A DNA stretch of 63,748 nt, the filler included, from a bacterium (GTDB lineage: Bacteria > JAJRZV01): NCBI GenBank assembly GCA_024275095.1. It is 6 parts of 6 records of this genome, joined end to end, with 100 filler letters (N's around TTAATTAATTAA, not from the genome) between each part and the next. Parts side by side here need not be neighbours in the genome. Positions count along the whole stretch, not along the records: positions 17,298 to 23,988 come from JAJRZV010000061.1; positions 24,089 to 32,119 come from JAJRZV010000062.1; 4 more parts are not named here. One strand, 5' to 3'. Below the pieces are notes generated by a model that saw only the letters and a program-made list of their open reading frames with translations, did not search any database and was not told where the DNA came from. The translations under genes were made by a program, and so were the position numbers. Below are positions 19,306 through 28,961 of this stretch, in pieces (positions within the stretch are counted from its first letter, which is position 1; each line of letters begins with the position of its first letter).

Positions 19306-19325
19306 GTTTTAGACATGCCTAAAAC
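19306..19325. promoter_or_regulatory. DtxR/MntR-type operator upstream of feoB
   Basis: Palindrome GTTTTAGACATGCCTAAAAC, same core as the operator at 18221-18257. Confidence 0.75.
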
Positions 19326-19357
19326 TTTAAGGTTGAACAAATAACATGGAGGATTAA

Positions 19358-21508
19358 ATGGCGGAGAGAAAGGTGATCACTGTTGCTATCGCCGGCAATC
19401 CCAATGCAGGCAAGACCACAATTTTCAACCATCTTACCGGGGCACGCCAGCATGTTGGCAACTATCCGGGCGTTACTGTGGAAAAGAAAGAGGGACTGCT
19501 GCGCCGGGGAGACATCGAGATCCGCGTGATAGACCTGCCCGGCACGTACAGCCTTACGGCGTACTCTGTTGAGGAGCTCATTGCCAGAAACGTGGTGCTG
19601 GAGGAAAAACCCGACGTGGTGGTGGATGTGGTTGATGCCTCCAACCTGGAGCGCAATCTCTACCTGGCAGTGCAGTTCATGGAACTGGGTGTTCCACTGG
19701 TTCTGGCGTTCAACATGAGTGACATTGCGCGTGCGCGAGGAATGGAGATAGACACTCAAAAGCTCTCGCGTCTCCTGGGCTGTCCCATTGTCTCAACCGT
19801 AGGGCATCGTGGCCTGGGGATCAATGCACTGGTGGAAGCGATCGTAAAAGCATCCCGGGAGAGCATGCGCCCCGTACAGGTCCGCTACGGGCACGAAATA
19901 GAAACGGAAATCAAGAAACTCCAGGATGCAATAATGGCCTCCGGGCTCGTGAACCTGAATAAATATCCGGCGCGGTGGCTGGCCGTCAAGTTGCTGGAAG
20001 GCGATAGCGATGTACTTGCAAAAGTGCCTGGACCTATCGCCGCCGCATCTCAAGGGGCTCGCAATAGAATAGAAAATTTTTTCGGAGACCCCCCGGAGGT
20101 GATCATCGCAGAACAGCGTTACGGGTTCATCTCCGGCGCATGCCAGCAATGCGTCAGGAGGGCGAATGTTGAGGCACGCCACAACCTTTCGGACCGGATT
20201 GATTCAATCGTGACCCATCGCGTACTGGCGATACCCATTTTCCTCGCTTTCATGTACGGCGTGTTTTATTTCACCTTTGCACTTGGAGATCCTCTTGCAG
20301 ACCTTGGGGGGTCGTTTTTTGCCTTGCTGGCAAAGTCAATATCAAACCTGTGGCCTCCCGGGGTTCATAGTTCACTTCAATCACTGATTGTGGATGGCAT
20401 TATCGCAGGAGTGGGGAACGTGCTGGTGTTCATGCCCAACATACTATTTCTCTTTCTCGCCATTGCCGTGCTGGAGGATTCAGGCTACATGGCCCGGGCG
20501 GCGTTCATCATGGATAAAGTAATGCATCGCATTGGACTGCACGGAAAGAGTTTTATTCCGCTTCTGCTGGGTTTCGGATGCACCATCCCTGCCATCATGG
20601 CCACACGGACCCTGGAGAATCGTCGCGACCGCCTGACCACGATACTTGTTGCTCCCCTCATGAGCTGCGGAGCGCGCCTTCCCATTTATGCTCTTATCAT
20701 TCCTGCCTTTTTTCCCCGGAACTGGCAAGCTCCTGTGTTGTGGAGCATTTATCTCATCGGCATCATCCTGGCAGTGGTGAGTGCCAAGCTGTTGAGGTCA
20801 ACTCTTTTTCGCGGGGAGGCAGAGCCCTTTGTTATGGAACTCCCACCTTACCGCCTGCCCACGTTAAAAAGTCTCCTTCTTCACATGTGGGAGCGTTCCG
20901 CACTTTACCTGCGTAAGGCCGGCACTATTATCTTGGGGCTGTCCGTGCTTTTGTGGGCCATGAGTTCCTACCCTGAAAAGCCGGGATTGGAACAGCGCTA
21001 TGCAGCCGAAGTGTCCCGGGTGAAGAAGGAATGTGTAGTGAAGCAACTGGATCCGGAAGAATGCCAGAGGAAGGTGGCGGAGCTCGAGCACTCGCGCCAG
21101 AGCGAGGCACTGGAATATTCGCTGGCCGGCCGTGTGGGTCGTGCGCTTGAACCGCTGGTAAGACCCATGGGTTTTGACTGGCGCATTGCAACAGCGCTTG
21201 TCGGTGCTACTGCCGCGAAAGAGGTGTTCGTTGCCCAGATGGGCATTATGTATTCCATTGGAGAATCGGACGAGGAGTCGGAAGAACTGAGGACCCGCCT
21301 GCGGGAGAACTATTCCGCTCTTGTGGGATTTTGCATCATGCTTTTTTGCCTTATCAGCGCGCCGTGTGTGGCCACAATCGCCGTAACGCGGCAGGAAAGC
21401 GGTTCATGGAAGTGGGCTGTTTTTCAGTTCACCGGCCTGACATTACTCGCTTATGTGATTACTACTGTCGTGTATCAGGTGGGACGGGCGCTCGTCGCCG
21501 GAGGGTGA
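19358..21508 (+). CDS. feoB: Ferrous iron transport protein B
   Basis: GNPNAGKT, VGNYPGVTV, DLPGTYSL, LEDSGYMARAA, MELPPY. Confidence 0.97.
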   Translation: MAERKVITVAIAGNPNAGKTTIFNHLTGARQHVGNYPGVTVEKKEGLLRRGDIEIRVIDLPGTYSLTAYSVEELIARNVVLEEKPDVVVDVVDASNLERNLYLAVQFMELGVPLVLAFNMSDIARARGMEIDTQKLSRLLGCPIVSTVGHRGLGINALVEAIVKASRESMRPVQVRYGHEIETEIKKLQDAIMASGLVNLNKYPARWLAVKLLEGDSDVLAKVPGPIAAASQGARNRIENFFGDPPEVIIAEQRYGFISGACQQCVRRANVEARHNLSDRIDSIVTHRVLAIPIFLAFMYGVFYFTFALGDPLADLGGSFFALLAKSISNLWPPGVHSSLQSLIVDGIIAGVGNVLVFMPNILFLFLAIAVLEDSGYMARAAFIMDKVMHRIGLHGKSFIPLLLGFGCTIPAIMATRTLENRRDRLTTILVAPLMSCGARLPIYALIIPAFFPRNWQAPVLWSIYLIGIILAVVSAKLLRSTLFRGEAEPFVMELPPYRLPTLKSLLLHMWERSALYLRKAGTIILGLSVLLWAMSSYPEKPGLEQRYAAEVSRVKKECVVKQLDPEECQRKVAELEHSRQSEALEYSLAGRVGRALEPLVRPMGFDWRIATALVGATAAKEVFVAQMGIMYSIGESDEESEELRTRLRENYSALVGFCIMLFCLISAPCVATIAVTRQESGSWKWAVFQFTGLTLLAYVITTVVYQVGRALVAGG

Positions 21509-21512
21509 AGTG

Positions 21513-21704
21513 ATGTATGAAAACCTCATCGTGTGGGCTATCGTAGTTGTTTCAGCGGGCGGTGTGCTTATACGGCTGTTTCGTTTCTTTGCCAGTGGAG
21601 AAGGCGATGAAGAAAAGAGGGATGGGCGATCACAGGGCACTTCATGCACCACGTGCCCGTTTTCCTGCAATTCAACCACACGACGCAAAAGGAGTGATGG
21701 ATGA
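21513..21704 (+). CDS. FeoB-associated Cys-rich small membrane protein
   Basis: N-terminal TM helix and SCTTCPFSC, directly after feoB. Confidence 0.7.
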   Translation: MYENLIVWAIVVVSAGGVLIRLFRFFASGEGDEEKRDGRSQGTSCTTCPFSCNSTTRRKRSDG

Positions 21705-21886
21705 ACAACCCGCGCGTGCGTGTGAAAGGAAACGCATCAGAGCTTCGATGCCCCTGTCGCAGGCTCCTGGCAAAGGTTTCCGGCAGAGCCGTCATACTCA
21801 AGTGCCCGCGGTGTAAGCGGGAAGCAGTGCTTTTTGTTGAGGAACTAACGCGAACGGGGGAAGTTGAGGTGGTGTTCACCAGATAG
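21701..21886 (+). CDS. Mu Com-like zinc-ribbon protein
   Basis: ELRCPCRRLLAK...LKCPRCKR parallels Com's RC..C.KLL.K...I.CPRCKR; ATGA coupling. Confidence 0.7.
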   Translation: MNNPRVRVKGNASELRCPCRRLLAKVSGRAVILKCPRCKREAVLFVEELTRTGEVEVVFTR

Positions 21887-21954
21887 ATAAATAAAACACA
21901 GCGGCCAGCGGCCTTTTCGCGTCCAGAGCCCCATCACATAGAAAGGAGGATCAC

Positions 21955-22698
21955 ATGAAAAAAGGCTGCATTATCGCTGTGTTGATGTGGGGTGTGTTTC
22001 TTGTTCCGGGTGTGTACGCCGCCGACACTGTGGAAACATGGGATGTGGGTGCCACAGATGTGGACTTTTACATCGGCATGGAAGGTGTGGGCAGGGGAAA
22101 GATGGATCGGGGTTTCTATACAGACATGATGCTGGGCTACGGACTTATTCCAGGGCTCTCTTCGTACCTGGGTGTGTGCCTGGAGGGTGACGGTGTGCTG
22201 TCTGGTGGTTCCACGCTTTACGCGGGTGTTTTCGGTACCGTGATCGACTCAGATCACTTTGATGTGGATGTTTTCTTTGACACCACCCTTGAAGGAGCAC
22301 TTGCGGGAGTCCTCACACTCACCCCTGCTGTTGAACTGAACTTTGATGTGAAGCCCGATCTGGAGGCTGCAGGGGTCTACCTGCGTTTTGGTCTTCCCGT
22401 GCATGCTGGTGAAGACGCCGATGGCGTGAAGTTCCATCTGGAAGGAACCGCGGGCTTTTACTGGACTCTTTCAGAAGGTCACCAGGTTCTGCTTGAGTAT
22501 TCTTACTCCATTCATCCATTTCCCCCCGCTGGTAAGGGGCACGTGGAATCAGGAACTGTGGCACTGGGATACAATGTGTGCATCAGCGAAGCCCTGGAAC
22601 TGATCACAGAAGTGCATGCAAGTGCTCCCTGGGACAGCCCGGGTGAAGTTGGAGTCATGGTGGGTTTTATTGCCACACTGCCCTCGGTGCAGGAATAA
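21955..22698 (+). CDS. Exported acidic protein, probable outer-membrane beta-barrel
   Basis: Strong AGGAGG, signal peptide ending VYA, alternating beta-strand pattern. Confidence 0.65.
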   Translation: MKKGCIIAVLMWGVFLVPGVYAADTVETWDVGATDVDFYIGMEGVGRGKMDRGFYTDMMLGYGLIPGLSSYLGVCLEGDGVLSGGSTLYAGVFGTVIDSDHFDVDVFFDTTLEGALAGVLTLTPAVELNFDVKPDLEAAGVYLRFGLPVHAGEDADGVKFHLEGTAGFYWTLSEGHQVLLEYSYSIHPFPPAGKGHVESGTVALGYNVCISEALELITEVHASAPWDSPGEVGVMVGFIATLPSVQE

Positions 22699-22699
22699 T

Positions 22700-23662
22700 G
22701 GTAAAAGTTTTGACATGTACAGCCATCCCATTGATTCAGCGGGAAAAGTCGGTTTCCTGGGGCTCCACTTAAACAGAAGTGCGGCAGAGCTGTGCTCATA
22801 CCTCCAGCTCTTGCTGCACTCGCCCCCCTGTGTGTCCACATGTTCAGCAAGTTTTGCCGTGCTGCTCGGTACGCACTTGACTGCCCTAATGCCCTGTCAT
22901 TTGTGATGCAGTGTCGGAAGAAGTTGTTGGGCAAGGCCTCCACTCCCTTGTCCTTCCATCATTTGTATGGCAACAGGATGGAATGGTTCCGCACATTTCC
23001 TGGCAGAAAAAGGAGCGGAAGCCGAAAGTATCCTTTGAATGCCTGCCTCATACATCATGCTCACAATGTGCCGTTGTTGTTACTCCAGCCACCCTGCTTT
23101 TTGTCTCCTCAAAGGCGATGACAAACATTCGAAGTTATTGTGATGTCTCTGGCCCCCGTGGGCTGGAACGACGCCGCGTGGGAAATTTATCTGTTCCTCT
23201 GAAAGAGGTGCTTGTGGCAAAATCAATACATCCAGGGGAATACGAGAACGACGTGCCCTATCTTCAAACTTTCATCTCCGCTGTGCACCTGGGAAATGCC
23301 GAGGGGGCTCTGGAGGCAGCCATCACCTGCTCGGGTGAACGCTATCAAACGGGATGCCCCGTTATTGAACACCAGGGTGTCAGAAAAAACTGGTGGAGGC
23401 GAAAATGCTTTCCCATGCAACAGAGAGTTTTATTTATCGCACTGGTGTAGAAGAGCACAAAGAACTGTTTATCCGCTTGGCAGGAATGCTTTTCGAGTTT
23501 GCAGGCTCAAGCGCCGAAAGAATTACTCTAGAAGCAGTTGGGGGTGAGGGAAGTTACGGGTACATGGAAGACCATGGCATTGAGCGACGGTTCAGAGACT
23601 GTAAGGGCCTCCGGTGCATGGTGGGTTCGCACCTGGATGATATTCTCGCGTGGAAGAATTGA
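22700..23662 (+). pseudogene. Acyl-CoA dehydrogenase pseudogene
   Basis: LGNAEGALEAAI..SGERYQTG.PVIEHQGVR in one frame and GSYGYMEDHGIERRFRD in another; stops upstream. The 5' limit is approximate. Confidence 0.7.
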
Positions 23663-23703
23663 TTCCTGGTGGGAAATTACACAAACAAGGGAGGGAAGGG
23701 AAA

Positions 23704-23988
23704 ATGACAAGAAGAGATCTGATTTTCAGGTACATTCCGGCTGGGGCTCTTGCGCTGGCTGGTCTTTCGCATGCCTGTGGCAGAGTTGCCAAAAAGCGGG
23801 CTTATATCATCGCGCTTGACGGGCTTTCTGCTGATTATATCTTTGCCACGGATGAGAACGGACAGCCTGTCATGAAGGAAGTGCAGGCACTTATCAACGA
23901 GGGAGTGTGCTACGAGAGTTGCTTTTCACCGCTTCCTGCCGTGACGGTTTGCAACCACAGTGCCATTATTACAGGCCGTTCACCCGGG
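23704..23988 (+). CDS. Alkaline phosphatase/nucleotide pyrophosphatase family lipoprotein, N-terminal part
   Basis: TRRDLI twin-arginine-like signal, SHAC lipobox, IIALDGL, PAVT..NH.AIITG. Confidence 0.75.
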
Positions 23989-24088
23989 NNNNNNNNNNNN
24001 NNNNNNNNNNNNNNNNNNNNNNNNNNNNNNNNTTAATTAATTAANNNNNNNNNNNNNNNNNNNNNNNNNNNNNNNNNNNNNNNNNNNN
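23989..24088. other. Artificial contig linker
   Basis: N run with TTAATTAATTAA. Confidence 0.98.
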
Positions 24089-25033
24089 GCCGGTGTAGTC
24101 TTCAACAGGGTGGCATCCCCCTCCCACTTCCGGGAGCTGAAGGCGGCCGTGAGGGAGCGGTCGGCGGTTGAATGTTTGGGATGGCTGCCTGACCGCCGGG
24201 AACTGCGCCTTCCGGAGCGCCAGCTTGGGCTGGTGTCGGTGCACGAGCGAGGGCTTCCGCGTGAATACCTCGACCTGCTTGCTTCAACCATTCGGGAACA
24301 CCTGCAAATAGACCGCGTTCTTGAACTCGCCGGCCAGGTATCCATATCCGGGTGCAGTATTAAAAAGGAAGGTGAGCACAGAGCCCGTATCGGCATTGCC
24401 CGCGACAGGGCCTTTTGTTTCTACTATGAGGACAACCTGCGCCTCCTGGCCGAGGCGGGTGCCGAGTTCGTGCCGTTCAGCCCCCTGGAGGATGTGCGAC
24501 TTCCGGAAGGACTGGACGGCCTGTACCTGGGCGGCGGTTTCCCCGAGGAGTTCGCCGCCTGCCTGGCAGAGAACAGGTCCATGCTGGAAACCGTGAGACG
24601 TTTTCCCGGGCCGGTGCTTGCCGAATGCGGGGGGCTGATCTACCTTTGCGAGAGGTTCGTCGGGCGTGACGGGGTTCGTTACCCGCTTGCGGGACGCATT
24701 AAGGGTACCATTGAGATGACGGAATCCCTGCAGGCATGCGGATACCGCGAGGTTGAACTGACCCGTGATTCACTGCTTGGTCCTGCGGGAACAAAACTCC
24801 GTGGCCACGTGTTTCACTGGTCGAGGTGGGTGAAATATCCCGCGGAGGGCTGGGGTATATACCGGGCCGATGGAATGACATTCGGGTACGCGGACGCTAA
24901 AACACTGGCTTCTTACTTTCATTTTCACCTGGGAAGCTGTCCCGCGGCCGCCGCGTATTTTGTCGAGCAATGTCGCCGTTTTTCATTGCGTATGCCCGAA
25001 GGTCTTCAGGGTGAACGACATGGAAGGGAATAG
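24089..25033 (+). CDS. cbiA: Cobyrinate a,c-diamide synthase, C-terminal part
   Basis: GVVFNRV, LPERQLGL, ARDRAFCFYY.DNL, GGGFPE, AECGG, RGHVFH. Confidence 0.9.
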   Translation, partial: AGVVFNRVASPSHFRELKAAVRERSAVECLGWLPDRRELRLPERQLGLVSVHERGLPREYLDLLASTIREHLQIDRVLELAGQVSISGCSIKKEGEHRARIGIARDRAFCFYYEDNLRLLAEAGAEFVPFSPLEDVRLPEGLDGLYLGGGFPEEFAACLAENRSMLETVRRFPGPVLAECGGLIYLCERFVGRDGVRYPLAGRIKGTIEMTESLQACGYREVELTRDSLLGPAGTKLRGHVFHWSRWVKYPAEGWGIYRADGMTFGYADAKTLASYFHFHLGSCPAAAAYFVEQCRRFSLRMPEGLQGERHGRE

Positions 25034-26117
25034 GTGGTTTCACCGCCACGGCGGTGCGCCGGAATATGATTTCAGGCGCCTGGATATTCCACCCCGGCCG
25101 GTTGTTGACTTCAGCGTCAACGTTAATGCCCTTGGTCCGCCCCCGGAGGTTATAGATAGATGGAATGAGCTGGCGGCGGAAATTGCTTCTTATCCCAGTA
25201 TAGACGGGGAGGGAGTCAGGCGTTTTTATCAACACAAGTTCAAGCTTCCTCCCGAGTGCGTGCTGCCCGGGAACGGTTCTGTCGAGTTGATTTACCTTGT
25301 TCCCCGGGCGCTTCGGCTCGGGCACGTGGCAGTGCTTTCACCCTCTTTTTATGAATACGTTCGTGCGGCTCGGCTTGCAGGAGCGCAGGTGTCTTTTATT
25401 CGCCTTTCTGCGGAGAACGATTTTGCTCTGCCACCTCTGCAAGAACTGGAAAAACATTTATCCGGAGCACAAGCCCTTTTCTTGGGGAATCCCAACAACC
25501 CCACGGGCACCTTGATTCCACGAGATGTGATTCTTCAGCTTGCGGAAAGACACCCGGACAAATGGTTTCTCGTGGATGAAGCATTCATTCAGTTCGTTGA
25601 AAATTCCGCAAGTTACACGTTGATGCGCAGTGAATATCTGCGACCGAACGTGGTGGTTTTTCACTCCCTGACCAAGTTTTATGCTCTTTCCGGGTTGCGC
25701 ATGGGAGCCGCCCTCGGCCATCCAGCAACAATATCCCGGCTGCGTGCATTCAAGGAACCGTGGTCGGTCAACGCTGTTGCTGAAAGGGTGGCCGGCGTTT
25801 TATGTCGGTGCAGGGATTACGAGGCAAAAACGCGTCGGCTTGTTTCGCAGGAGCGACAAAGGCTCTTCCACAATCTGAAGGAAATGCCGGGGATACAAAT
25901 ATTTGCTCCAGTGGCCAATTTCTTCCTGGCCAGGTGGACGGCAACAGGTAACCTGGACGATCTGCTGCGGGGATTACTTTCAAGAGGGTTCTATGTCAGG
26001 GACTGCCGGAACTTCCCGGGCCTGGAGGAGAACTACTTCCGGTTTGCCATCCGCCAGCCGCATGAAAACGACCGCCTGGTAAAAAACCTTGTCGCCTGCG
26101 TGACAGAATTGAAGTGA
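25020..26117 (+). CDS. cobD: Threonine-phosphate decarboxylase
   Basis: HGG, DFSVNVN.LG, NPNNPTG, VDEAF, SLTKFYALSGLRMG; cob context. Confidence 0.88.
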   Translation: MEGNRWFHRHGGAPEYDFRRLDIPPRPVVDFSVNVNALGPPPEVIDRWNELAAEIASYPSIDGEGVRRFYQHKFKLPPECVLPGNGSVELIYLVPRALRLGHVAVLSPSFYEYVRAARLAGAQVSFIRLSAENDFALPPLQELEKHLSGAQALFLGNPNNPTGTLIPRDVILQLAERHPDKWFLVDEAFIQFVENSASYTLMRSEYLRPNVVVFHSLTKFYALSGLRMGAALGHPATISRLRAFKEPWSVNAVAERVAGVLCRCRDYEAKTRRLVSQERQRLFHNLKEMPGIQIFAPVANFFLARWTATGNLDDLLRGLLSRGFYVRDCRNFPGLEENYFRFAIRQPHENDRLVKNLVACVTELK

Positions 26118-27103
26118 ACAAGTGCATGCTGGTTCTTTTTTGGGCTTTTGTGCTGGACCTCCTTCTGGGAGATCCTGAATACCCGTTGCATCCTGTAAGA
26201 ATAATTGGAAGGGTGGTGTCCCTTCTCGAGAGCCTTTTGCGGCGTGCGGGCATGGCCGGGATGACAGGTGGAGCCCTGCTGGCTGTGTCAGTGCTGATCT
26301 CATTTACAGGCGCATACCTGGGCTTGCGATTCGCGTTACACCATGTTCATCCCCGGCTCGCTGTGGCCTTTGATACGTTCGTGGTTTACTCGTGCATCGC
26401 GTTCAAAGACCTGCTTCGCCATGGCGGGTTGATAGCTGATGCACTGGAGAGAGGAGATTTTTCAGAAGCACGGGTTGAGGTTCAGAAGATCGTCGGCAGG
26501 GATGCATCCAGGCTTGATGCTTCCGGTATCGCTCGTGCCGCTGTTGAGAGTGTCGCGGAAAATTTTGTCGACGGCCTCCTGTCCCCGTTTTTCTGGTATA
26601 TCACCGGCTGTGCGCTCTCCAGCTTTGCAGGCCTCCCCACGTGCACGGGGGGAGTGCTCGGCATATTCATTTTTCGGGTCGTCAACACGCTGGATTCCAT
26701 GGTTGGACATCGCAGCGAGCAGTACCTGCGCTTCGGATGCTTTGCGGCAAGACTTGACGACGTGATGAATTTTTTCCCCGCACGGCTGTCCGTACCCATC
26801 ATCTCGTTGTCGGCAGGCATGTGCGGGTTGAACGCCGTCCATGCCGTGGAAATTGCCTGGCGCGACCGATTAAAACATCCATCTCCAAATGCGGGCCATG
26901 CAGAAAGCTGCGTGGCGGGAGCCCTGGCCATTCGACTCGGAGGACCGGCGGTTTATTCCGGCGGTGTTGTAAAAAAACCTTGGATTGGGGATGGTACGGC
27001 GGATATTTCCCATGAGCACATCCGCAAATGTTGTGTTCTGATTTTATGTTCAGGTTTGGTCGCTTTATCTCTTGCGTTGCTTTTTCTCCTGTGGTTGCAG
27101 TAA
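26114..27103 (+). CDS. cbiB: Adenosylcobinamide-phosphate synthase
   Basis: GDP...HPV, IVGRD, VESVAEN..DG, NTLDSMVG, SPNAG..E. Confidence 0.93.
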   Translation: MNKCMLVLFWAFVLDLLLGDPEYPLHPVRIIGRVVSLLESLLRRAGMAGMTGGALLAVSVLISFTGAYLGLRFALHHVHPRLAVAFDTFVVYSCIAFKDLLRHGGLIADALERGDFSEARVEVQKIVGRDASRLDASGIARAAVESVAENFVDGLLSPFFWYITGCALSSFAGLPTCTGGVLGIFIFRVVNTLDSMVGHRSEQYLRFGCFAARLDDVMNFFPARLSVPIISLSAGMCGLNAVHAVEIAWRDRLKHPSPNAGHAESCVAGALAIRLGGPAVYSGGVVKKPWIGDGTADISHEHIRKCCVLILCSGLVALSLALLFLLWLQ

Positions 27104-27289
27104 TCGCGCCGTGTGGTTCAACTCATGTGGTGGTGTTCCTGTGTACGCCACTTCCGGAACTTGAGAAATACCGCAATAACTTTGACATTCTCGAGAGCTA
27201 CCAGGGTTGATTTGTTTGCCCTTCTTCTCAAGGATCTTTCCGGTGTCGTAGAGAGCGGGCTCCTGCCCGGGAACACCGAGGCCCGCGTG

Positions 27290-27523
27290 AAAAGCCGGGT
27301 GGATCATCAACCGCCTGGTGGGAAACGACGTCAGGACCCTGCCGTCCGTTGTTGCCTGGGACGGGCCGACCCGTGGTGGACCGTCTGCGACCACAACGAC
27401 ATCTTCTTCCCCCTGGAACTCGAGCCCGGGACGGTGCTGTGCATCCCTTCCGTAGAGCACGTCCACATGTGCCTCCTGGCATGGGGCGCGACCCTTGGCG
27501 GCCCCGTTCCTCGACCGGGCTGA
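27290..27523 (+). pseudogene. Relic of a phage/contractile-tail baseplate LysM-like gene
   Basis: LGRADPWWTVCDHNDIFFPLELEPGTVLCIPS matches the G...WW.I.D.N.I..PL.L.PG..L.IP pattern; no credible start. Confidence 0.45.
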
Positions 27524-27720
27524 ATCTCAGCTTGCTGATATGTTTGTTACAGGCGTAGCGTTTGTCATGGGCGGGTGATGCTTGTGCTTGGAGCTTGCGT
27601 GACATCCAGCTGGGTCCAGGGGGTAAATATGAAAGAAACGGCTCATGTCACGATTGTTGCTTGTGTGATTGCGGCGGGCGGGTTTTGGGAATTCAAATTT
27701 CTTGAAGCCCTGTGGTTTTG

Positions 27721-27748
27721 GTGTTATTTTTTTTGAAAAAAGTAACAC
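27721..27748. promoter_or_regulatory. Putative NikR operator
   Basis: GTGTTA-N16-TAACAC palindrome with an AT-rich spacer, 14 nt before the tonB ATG. Confidence 0.75.
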
Positions 27749-27762
27749 GATCTGGACGAGTA

Positions 27763-28392
27763 ATGGAAAATGTGGAGCAGTGGTTAAAAAAGAGTAAAAC
27801 TTGTGGATTTCTGGGTTCACTGGTTGTTCATTTGTTTGTCTTTGCTGTTCCACTATCAATTGGGAGCACTTCTTATCGCTGTAACGAAGTTGAATTTTTT
27901 ATTGAAGAAGGTAACAGCACTTCCAGAAAGGAGGAAGTACGTAACAATTTAGTGAAAAGAACGCTATCATCCCCCGAGCCGATAAAGGCTGTGCCGGTTG
28001 AATCTGCCACCAGCAAAAACGTTGCTGTTACTGCGGAGAAAACCTCCCACGAAATCCCTGATGAGTCACCCCCGGAGACCAGCTCCGAAGCACTTAAAGA
28101 CACCGGGTTTGGCTCCGACGAAGGTCCACGATTTATTCACATGGAAAAACCTTTTTATCCGCTCATGGCCAAGAGACTCGGGATAGAGGGGCAGGTGGTT
28201 TTGAGATTGTTCATTGATGAAGCCGGTAACCTTACCCACATTGAGGTGGTTGAAAGGGGATGCTGCGGTTTTACGGAATCTGCCGTTGAAGCGATGAAAA
28301 AATCCACCTTCGCCCCGGCCCGCGAAAATGGGAAACCCGTTGCTTCCAGTGCGCTGCTGCGCGTGAGATTTGTCCTGAAGGATGCTGAATGA
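27763..28392 (+). CDS. tonB: TonB family energy transducer
   Basis: TM with S...H, then YP..AKRLGIEGQV.L..FIDEAG and F.PA. Confidence 0.88.
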   Translation: MENVEQWLKKSKTCGFLGSLVVHLFVFAVPLSIGSTSYRCNEVEFFIEEGNSTSRKEEVRNNLVKRTLSSPEPIKAVPVESATSKNVAVTAEKTSHEIPDESPPETSSEALKDTGFGSDEGPRFIHMEKPFYPLMAKRLGIEGQVVLRLFIDEAGNLTHIEVVERGCCGFTESAVEAMKKSTFAPARENGKPVASSALLRVRFVLKDAE

Positions 28393-28961
28393 TTGAAATT
28401 TTCCAAAAAGGCGGTTTTTTAATGTACCCCCTGCTCGGGTGTTCTCTCCTTGGGGTTGCAATAGTCATAAGTAAATTCATTGAGTATCAGTATTACCTGA
28501 AAATTTTAAACAAGCCCCTTCAAGAAATTCTGAAAACAAACCCGACCATCCTGCTACCCGTGGTAGAGAAAATAAAAGAAGGCTGTGGGGAGGAAGAACT
28601 GACTGTTGTTTGTGCAAAGCAGGTGAGTCAGATAGAAAAAGGTTTGAGCTGGTTGACCCTGATAGCAACAATTGCTCCCCTCCTGGGTTTGACAGGTACG
28701 GTGACCGGGATGATAAAGGCGTTCAAGGTCGTATCTGAAAACCCGACCATCAACCCTTCCTTGCTCGCGGGTGGAATATGGGAGGCACTCATCACAACTG
28801 CAGCAGGACTTCTCATTGCTGTCCCCATTTACGTGGCTCATCATTATCTGGACAGGCAAGCGGATGAAATAGTGCTTCTACTTAAAGAATTTACGATGAC
28901 CTTGCGCAGGAGAGAACAAGGTGCAACTGGAAAGAAAGCGCCGGAACTCATGGGGTATTAA
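28389..28961 (+). CDS. exbB: MotA/TolQ/ExbB proton channel
   Basis: GG.LMYPL, IAPLLGLTGTV.GMI, GIWEALITTAAGL. Confidence 0.9.
   Translation: MIEIFQKGGFLMYPLLGCSLLGVAIVISKFIEYQYYLKILNKPLQEILKTNPTILLPVVEKIKEGCGEEELTVVCAKQVSQIEKGLSWLTLIATIAPLLGLTGTVTGMIKAFKVVSENPTINPSLLAGGIWEALITTAAGLLIAVPIYVAHHYLDRQADEIVLLLKEFTMTLRRREQGATGKKAPELMGY

Noticed and set aside
27524-27762. Cobalamin riboswitch ahead of the TonB operon
   Set aside because: No B12-box-like conserved elements recognised; a NikR-type palindrome explains the leader better.
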